Below are positions 57,450-64,000 of a stretch of 64,000 bases of DNA, one piece after another. The first letter of the stretch is position 1. Each line of letters begins with the position of its first letter. Below the pieces are notes generated by a model that saw nothing but the letters and a program-made list of their open reading frames with translations, had not been told where the DNA came from and did not search any database. This stretch comes from a virus (Duplodnaviria > Caudoviricetes). Location of the stretch: IMG/VR virus record IMGVR_UViG_3300021400_003144; one strand, written 5' to 3'. The position numbers were made by a program, and so were the translations under genes.

Positions 57450-58543
57450 GGACATATAAAGCTATGGAAGAAATGAGTAATACAGAAGAAAATGGTGTTA
57501 TACTTAGAAATATAGCTGGTAACATAGGTCAGATAGTTAAAGGAATTGGTATGCTTTTAAAACAAGGCATGCCAATTAAAATTAATAATGGTACATTTAT
57601 AGATGAAGATAAATATGAAGAAGATACCAGACAATATAAGTTAGTTGACTTTGCTAGAGATTGTTATGGCATAGAGTTTAGTAAGATAGATATTAACTTA
57701 GATAACTCACATCAGTTGATATTAGTAGGTGTACCTGGAGTTGGTAAAACAACCATAGCGTTGGCTTATGTTAGGGCTAAGACAGGATATGTAAAATCTA
57801 AGTATTATGAGTTAATAACATTTGGAGAAGATTGGGATAGGTCAGACTTTACAGGTGGTACAGTTAATGTAGATGGAGTTTGGCGTAGACAAAAAGGTAT
57901 ATTCACTAAGATGTGTGAAAGAGCTCTTGCAGATAGGAGTCATAACTATTATCTTATAATAGACGAGATCAATAGAGGTAATACAGCTGGAATTATGGCT
58001 GATGCTTTTACAGGTTTATCTCAGCGTGATGTAAGGTATAGAACTCAGCTTGGAGAATACATTACAGTGCCTAGTAATTTATACATTATAGGTACCATGA
58101 ATGCATTTGATAGTAGCATTAGTGACTTGGATATGGCTATGAAGAATAGATTTCCATTCATAGAACTTGACCCAGTATGGAATGACCCTGGATTTGCAAG
58201 TAATCTGACTAGGATTATAGGAGCTATAGAGTATGGTTGGGATAGTCCTTGGTTAAGAAGATTAATGAAGAGAATAGCAAATGATATAGCAGCTCTTAAT
58301 AATGCTATAATGGCTCAAGGAAGAGTTGGAAATGCAGCTTTGATAGGTGTAAGACCAATCTATAAGAAATTTAAGAGTCTTGAGCATTTTAGAGAGTCAT
58401 ATAATAATGAATTATTACATACAATTAAAGACTCTACAGAGTTTGTGCAGGATGTTCCTGAAATATCAGACTATATAAAGGATCTTGAGGGAGTATTGGA
58501 AGATATAGATAGAGTTCTAAGAAGAGATAGCACTAATGGTTGA
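57446..58543 (+). CDS. mcrB: McrB-like AAA+ GTPase
   Basis: GVPGVGKT, LIIDEINRGN, YIIGTMNAFD, AMKNRF. Confidence 0.85.
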   Translation: MRTYKAMEEMSNTEENGVILRNIAGNIGQIVKGIGMLLKQGMPIKINNGTFIDEDKYEEDTRQYKLVDFARDCYGIEFSKIDINLDNSHQLILVGVPGVGKTTIALAYVRAKTGYVKSKYYELITFGEDWDRSDFTGGTVNVDGVWRRQKGIFTKMCERALADRSHNYYLIIDEINRGNTAGIMADAFTGLSQRDVRYRTQLGEYITVPSNLYIIGTMNAFDSSISDLDMAMKNRFPFIELDPVWNDPGFASNLTRIIGAIEYGWDSPWLRRLMKRIANDIAALNNAIMAQGRVGNAALIGVRPIYKKFKSLEHFRESYNNELLHTIKDSTEFVQDVPEISDYIKDLEGVLEDIDRVLRRDSTNG

Positions 58544-59600
58544 TAAAGGTATTAAGTTACAGACAGTTCTTGAAATATTAAGATTTGATGATAAAGATTT
58601 GAAGATAAATGTTTCAGACTTAAACTTTGATGAAATAAATAATATCAATGATTTATTTGGTAGTATACTTGAAAAGGGTATGCAGGAGATAAAACAGTTT
58701 GGTTTTAAGAAAAGTTATGTCAATAGATATAGAGAATTGTCTAAAATAAAAGGTAAGATAGATTTTAATAAATCTATCAGTAAGGCAGCTGTTGCTCGTG
58801 GTAGACTAGTGTGCAATGTAGAGGAACTGAGTATAAATAATATATACAATCAGATACTTAAATTTGCAATTATGAGTCTATTTAAGGGTAGAATTAGTGA
58901 CAGAGAAGATAATGGGGCACTATCACGAAGTATACGGATTAGATTATTACAGTATGTAGATATATTGAAAAATATAAATAATATTAATGGGGTTGACACG
59001 AAACTTGTTGAGTATATAAAACAGTCTGCTCCATTTTATTATGCTAATGGGTTGCATACTGCATTATATATATCTGAGCTATATGGAACTTTAGATATAG
59101 ATGGTAGGTCTAGATTAAAGACTAGTAAGGATTGGAATAGATGCAGAAATATTTTTGAAAGACATATTCTGAATCTAATTCGAGACAGCATAAATGAATA
59201 TGAAAAAGAGTTAGGCAAATTCAAGGTATTACCTAGAGTTTATATGGACAGTAAAGGTAGAAAACTACCTGATATAATAATGTCTGATGGTAAAAGGGCA
59301 ATCACTATAGATGTTTATTGGTATGATAAAAAACATCATAGCACTGGAAAACTTGAAGATGGCTATGATAATTCACACTATGCTAATTATATATCTGATA
59401 CACTTCAAATAGCTAATGTAAATAATTTGATAGTTTATGCAGAAAAAAGAGAAGTCAGTGAGTATTCAGAATATACTAGTGACTTAAAGCAGAACTACAG
59501 ATTAAAAGCATATGTATTTGATATGTACTTAAATAAACCCGTAGAAGTTTTTAATAAAAGGTTTAAAACTGTGTTGAAAGATATGACACAAGTAAGATAA
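58536..59600 (+). CDS. mcrC: McrC-like protein
   Basis: Overlaps mcrB; IKGKIDF, ELSINNIYNQILK, IFE, LPDII...IDVYWY. Confidence 0.75.
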   Translation: MVDKGIKLQTVLEILRFDDKDLKINVSDLNFDEINNINDLFGSILEKGMQEIKQFGFKKSYVNRYRELSKIKGKIDFNKSISKAAVARGRLVCNVEELSINNIYNQILKFAIMSLFKGRISDREDNGALSRSIRIRLLQYVDILKNINNINGVDTKLVEYIKQSAPFYYANGLHTALYISELYGTLDIDGRSRLKTSKDWNRCRNIFERHILNLIRDSINEYEKELGKFKVLPRVYMDSKGRKLPDIIMSDGKRAITIDVYWYDKKHHSTGKLEDGYDNSHYANYISDTLQIANVNNLIVYAEKREVSEYSEYTSDLKQNYRLKAYVFDMYLNKPVEVFNKRFKTVLKDMTQVR

Positions 59601-59627
59601 CAAGGAGGTTACTTATAAAAATAAAAA

Positions 59628-62600
59628 ATGAAACTTAAGAAGATAGCATTAATAACTTTACTTATGACACTTGCAGGTGGTTGTAAATCATTTGCAAGTG
59701 ATACTTTTTTGCCAGGACCACAGGTAAACATACTATTACAAAGGTGCCTTCCATCTACTCCTGGTTATAGTAATTATATACCTGGTGATAGAGTCAGAAG
59801 GATGGAGAGAGTTAATATAGTAGACACAGATTTTGACCCAGAGCATTATGTGATATTTAGATATGACAGTAGTCAATACGGAGAGTTTTCTGTTGATGAA
59901 AGTCATGCTAATAGAGATACTTTAGCTGATGGGCAAAAACTTTCATATATTATATTAGTAAGTTCTACAAATTCAAATTCAACTAGTGAGAAGAACATCT
60001 GGGCATACTATGATGCAGATGGTGGTGGAGAATTGTATGGACAAACAACAGGAAGTATAAAGTTCTTTTATGGTTCTCAAGATGATTTTGGAGTTAAGGA
60101 GCCTACTAATCATGACAGTGATGAATATTGGAATGACTATTCCAAATATATGAATACAATGTCTTCATCTAAAAATACAATTTATTTGAATGCTGATTCA
60201 TCAAAAATGTTCAAAGGTCTAAACTTAGGATATGATGCTGATATAGATTGCGTGTATGCAGATAAGCTATTCAGGACATCATACAATCTTGATAATGGAT
60301 ACTACATTGATACTCAGTATGTAACTGACTATACAGAAATGTTTTTCGGGTGTGTATCTGGAGATACACCATTAGACATAGACTATAATGCTTTTAAATA
60401 TATAAGATGTACTTCTACAAAGAAAATGTTCTATTATGTTAAAGGAGTAAGTACTAATGTGGGTAGCAACTTTGACAATACAATAAACTCAAATTGTGAT
60501 ACAACTGATATGTTCTACACCAGTTCTTACTATAATGATATGCTTAGTTTCAGTGGATTATGGTATGCTCCAAATCATACTAATTATACTAATATGCTCT
60601 ATGAAAGAGCGGAAGATATTCGTAATTTAGACCTCAGATTTATAGCAGTTGATAATTATGAAAAATTATTAGGGCATGGGATGTTCTTAAATTTGAAAGA
60701 GTTTGCACCTCCTATGTTTAAGCTAATGTCTAGACAGCTGGTAGAGAATATAATCAGAGGTGTGGATACATATACTCCAGACTTATCAAATTATCCAGAG
60801 CAATACTGGGATACTAGACCAGCAGGCAGAGGAGATTATATAATGTGGACTGTACAGGGAGATGATACACATAGATTATATGATTGGAAAGAAGTATATG
60901 CAGTATATAAAGAGGCTTATGATAGTGATAAAGAAATAACTTTTGAAGCAGTAGAGATGATAGAACCTATAGTGAAGTTTAATTGTAGTTCTACTGATGA
61001 TATGGATAAATTAAACGGAAGTGAGCTAATTATAAATTTAAATTGTAAATACGGTAATTTTACAATAACAGGTACACTTAATAAAGATGGGAGTAAACTT
61101 AGATTAGATGCTTCTGAGAAAATACCAAAAAGCATGTATAGTATTTCAAATATCAGTGGGTTGGGTGATAACTATACTATAAATAACTTAAGTAATACAG
61201 CATTAGACTACTATAATTACTATAGTACTCCAGTATTAACAATTAAGAATCTACATAAGTATAATCCTAAATTATCAATAGATAAAGATAATACAAATGA
61301 TTCTTATGTAATTACATTTGGTAATTTAGCTAGTGGCATTAAAGTCATTGATAAAGATAACAATGAGACAGTACCAACTGGAATGAAATTAGAGATGTAT
61401 GAAGGTACAGGAGACATAGTAGGAGATGGAGTAACACATTCTAAGTATACTGAGAATCTTAAAAAAGTATCTGAGACTACACTTAATAGCACTACTGGTG
61501 AGTTGAAGTTCAGTGTGGATTGGAACACTAAGGATGCAGATGCTAGGTATTATTATCTAGTAATACCTTCAGATCAAATAGGAGACTATAGATTATCATT
61601 AGACCATGAAAACTCTTACTATTATGTAGATGGAGTAGGCTATATAGTACCTAATGCAGGTGATGATAAATATATTACCAATAATGTTGAGTTTGGAAAG
61701 CATTTGATAACTAGCAATCCAGATAAAAATGCATATAATTCTGTATGGTGCATAGATAAGGATGAAGAAACAGCTGAAAATATTGTGTTTAATATACATG
61801 GAAATGCTGAGCTTCAAGTAACAGTAGATAAGACATCTAATGATGCAAGTATAGTAACATCCTATAATGCAAATAATTCTGATGGAGTTAACTTAGATAC
61901 AGAAGGTGGAATCACATTATTTGCAAAGTCCATATATGATACTGGAGAAGCACAAGTAAAAATATCTACAGAAGTTCCAGCTGGTAAGTATGGCATATAT
62001 GATGCAGACAAGAATCTTATTAAAGAAGTTGAGACTGACGATAACAACATAATAAAGACAGTTATAAATGTTGTTAAGCAGTTAGGAGAAACAATTACTT
62101 ACTATATTAAACAGTTAGACATATTTGATGATACATTAAATGTTGATGATGAGTTTAAGGAGTTTGAAGTAGTAGCTTCTCCAAGTGAGTTGAATCCAAA
62201 CGAGTTCACAATGGTAGCAAAGGGATTGGATGAAATTACCTTTAATAACCCATTAAAGCAGGCTACACCATCAGAACTTGATAAAAAGGACATCGAAATT
62301 GAAGTTGATGATGTTAGAAAAGAAACTGTTGACCTTACAGATTATAAATCAGATGCAGCTGTGACATTCAATGTTCTAGAGTATGTAAATGATAACTATG
62401 AGGATGAATACTTTGATAGGTTACTAAGAACATCAGGCATTACAAGTAAGTATAAGTATACTTTTAATAATAAAAAGAACTTGTTTATAGACCTTCAGGA
62501 AAATGAAGATGACAACAGCTTGTATGATTTATCTATGTATACAGACAATAATACAAAGGAAATAGAATTTGATATACCTGAGAGTATACAGGAAGAACTT

Positions 62601-63350
62601 GTAGATGCAGGAATTACTGATGTAGCAATCAGTAAGATTGAAGTAAAGTTTAAGAGTAACTCTGGTATAAGTACTCCTTCAGAGATTGGTAAGAGTACAC
62701 CATCTGAAATTACTCATGACAATGATGATAAGAAGAGTACACCTTCTGAAATTCCTAGTAATAATGGAAAGGGAAATGGAAAAGGAAACGGAAGCAATAG
62801 TGGAAACACTGGAAATAATGATAACAATGGTGAAACAAGTGGTAATGAAAGTGGAGCTAATATCGGAAACAATAGTGAAACTGGTAATGTAGTTAATAAC
62901 ACTAATAAATCATCTAATAGCAGTAAAAAGAACAAAGATGATGAAGATAATAGGCCAGCTTATGATGGTGATTGGTTTACATTAGATGGAAAGCCTTTGA
63001 ATAAACCAGTATCTAAGGCTGGTGGTGCTAAGTTTAAGATATGGCAAACAAGTCTTTATGTTAAAGATGAAAAACGTATACTACCAGTACATGGCAGATA
63101 TGGAACTTATAGAACATACTTGTTTAACCATGAAGGTCAAATAGTTTATGGCTGGGCTAAGGACCCTAAGACTCATAAGTGGCATTACTTCAATGATGAG
63201 GGAGCTGAACTCTATGGATGGCAATTCATCAATGGAAAATGGTATTTCTTTAATGATGATATGAATGACATAAATCATGGAGATATGCTTAGCAACTGTA
63301 CTTATAAAGGATACAAGTTGGGTGAAGATGGAGCATTAATAGAGAATTAG
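59628..63350 (+). CDS. giant secreted surface protein (1240 aa) with shared C-terminal module
   Basis: Signal peptide; a few degenerate BspA-like repeats; STPSE/ATPSE repeats; cell-wall-binding repeats. Confidence 0.85.
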   Translation: MKLKKIALITLLMTLAGGCKSFASDTFLPGPQVNILLQRCLPSTPGYSNYIPGDRVRRMERVNIVDTDFDPEHYVIFRYDSSQYGEFSVDESHANRDTLADGQKLSYIILVSSTNSNSTSEKNIWAYYDADGGGELYGQTTGSIKFFYGSQDDFGVKEPTNHDSDEYWNDYSKYMNTMSSSKNTIYLNADSSKMFKGLNLGYDADIDCVYADKLFRTSYNLDNGYYIDTQYVTDYTEMFFGCVSGDTPLDIDYNAFKYIRCTSTKKMFYYVKGVSTNVGSNFDNTINSNCDTTDMFYTSSYYNDMLSFSGLWYAPNHTNYTNMLYERAEDIRNLDLRFIAVDNYEKLLGHGMFLNLKEFAPPMFKLMSRQLVENIIRGVDTYTPDLSNYPEQYWDTRPAGRGDYIMWTVQGDDTHRLYDWKEVYAVYKEAYDSDKEITFEAVEMIEPIVKFNCSSTDDMDKLNGSELIINLNCKYGNFTITGTLNKDGSKLRLDASEKIPKSMYSISNISGLGDNYTINNLSNTALDYYNYYSTPVLTIKNLHKYNPKLSIDKDNTNDSYVITFGNLASGIKVIDKDNNETVPTGMKLEMYEGTGDIVGDGVTHSKYTENLKKVSETTLNSTTGELKFSVDWNTKDADARYYYLVIPSDQIGDYRLSLDHENSYYYVDGVGYIVPNAGDDKYITNNVEFGKHLITSNPDKNAYNSVWCIDKDEETAENIVFNIHGNAELQVTVDKTSNDASIVTSYNANNSDGVNLDTEGGITLFAKSIYDTGEAQVKISTEVPAGKYGIYDADKNLIKEVETDDNNIIKTVINVVKQLGETITYYIKQLDIFDDTLNVDDEFKEFEVVASPSELNPNEFTMVAKGLDEITFNNPLKQATPSELDKKDIEIEVDDVRKETVDLTDYKSDAAVTFNVLEYVNDNYEDEYFDRLLRTSGITSKYKYTFNNKKNLFIDLQENEDDNSLYDLSMYTDNNTKEIEFDIPESIQEELVDAGITDVAISKIEVKFKSNSGISTPSEIGKSTPSEITHDNDDKKSTPSEIPSNNGKGNGKGNGSNSGNTGNNDNNGETSGNESGANIGNNSETGNVVNNTNKSSNSSKKNKDDEDNRPAYDGDWFTLDGKPLNKPVSKAGGAKFKIWQTSLYVKDEKRILPVHGRYGTYRTYLFNHEGQIVYGWAKDPKTHKWHYFNDEGAELYGWQFINGKWYFFNDDMNDINHGDMLSNCTYKGYKLGEDGALIEN

Positions 63351-63369
63351 TACAGTAAAATAGTTCAGA

Positions 63370-63526
63370 GTAAAAAAAGAACCCTTTTATAGGGATTGAT
63401 TTGATAATGTATTATTCTTTCAGTTCACAAGGTCAGTAAGTGAACCCTTGCAATAGGGATTGAATGATTACAGCTTTTAAGTTATAATTTTCTTTATTCA
63501 AGAGAACCCTTCTAATAGGGATTGCA
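63370..63526 (+). CRISPR. degenerate CRISPR-like mini-array, 3 repeats, no cas genes
   Basis: GAACCCTT-(TT/GCA/CTA)-ATAGGGATTG cores starting at 63379, 63442, 63504; unique intervening sequences; CCCT/AGGG hairpin. Confidence 0.55.
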
Positions 63527-63612
63527 TACTATATTTAAAACAATATTGGTTTAAGGGTGACTTGTAAAAGGTACTCTTTATTTATATAAATTAAAATTAT
63601 TTTATAAATATA

Positions 63613-63641
63613 TTGAAATTTATATAAATTTGTGTTATAAT
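63613..63641 (+). promoter_or_regulatory. sigma-A-type promoter with extended -10
   Basis: TTGAAA-17 nt-TATAAT preceded by TG. Confidence 0.75.
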
Positions 63642-63664
63642 ATATTTATTGGAGGATTAAATTT

Positions 63665-64000
63665 ATGGTAGATAATAAGATACTTAAGACTTTTAAAGAT
63701 AACATTACAGAATATATAGATACCTTTATGTCATGTAACACGGCATTTATAAAGGTTGATAAAGACTTTGTAAAGAAGTATTTTGAAGAGGCTGGTAAGA
63801 AAGTTATCAATGAACATAATAAAGAGGACAACACTTATGTTTGTGGAGACCTACAGTTCTCATATGATAAGGATACAGAAGATGTAACTGAGGTACTTTT
63901 ATTTCCTACATACTATGATGATAACCTTGGTTATTATAATGGAGAGGATTTTATAGATTTAACAGACAAGTATAGTGAATATGGAGCTGAGGTATTAAAG
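63665..64000 (+). CDS. hypothetical protein, truncated by window end
   Basis: GGAGG RBS; MVDNKILKTF... open to the end. Confidence 0.75.
   Translation, partial: MVDNKILKTFKDNITEYIDTFMSCNTAFIKVDKDFVKKYFEEAGKKVINEHNKEDNTYVCGDLQFSYDKDTEDVTEVLLFPTYYDDNLGYYNGEDFIDLTDKYSEYGAEVLK

Noticed and set aside
999-63834. Minus-strand ORFs and short alternative-frame + ORFs in the ORF track
   Set aside because: They are shadows of longer + strand genes, are Ser/Leu/Ile/Phe-biased, and have no evident RBS or motifs.
1-64000. Stop-codon reassignment or suppressor tRNA
   Set aside because: Long intact ORFs under code 11 end in TAA, TAG and TGA at gene boundaries. The tRNA anticodon UAG reads CUA (Leu), not a stop.

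Overview
AT-rich, densely coding window with essentially all credible genes on the + strand. It has many sigma-A-type promoters and intrinsic terminators, one tRNA-Leu(UAG) and no housekeeping operons. It is most consistent with a segment of a jumbo phage or other giant extrachromosomal element of a Bacillota host, probably Lachnospiraceae-like (inference; no capsid or terminase gene is visible here). The most striking feature is at 281-2926: a stand-alone reverse transcriptase (YSDD; no retron VTG, no DGR SQ motif, no intron RNA) sits directly behind two 144-bp-period structured RNA-like units. The units share conserved linker sequences and an identical covarying fold but carry different long hairpins, and a HipA-like kinase follows the RT. 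Other content: a Dam-like methylase, a NERD nuclease, a ClpA-like ATPase, a ThyX-like protein, a HAD nucleotidase, signal peptidase I with many secreted and lipoproteins, three giant modular surface proteins sharing a C-terminal module, a degenerate MTase-McrB-McrC cluster, two homologous non-coding regions 30 kb apart, and a degenerate three-repeat CRISPR-like mini-array with no cas genes. All family assignments come from motif recognition by eye, not from database searches.
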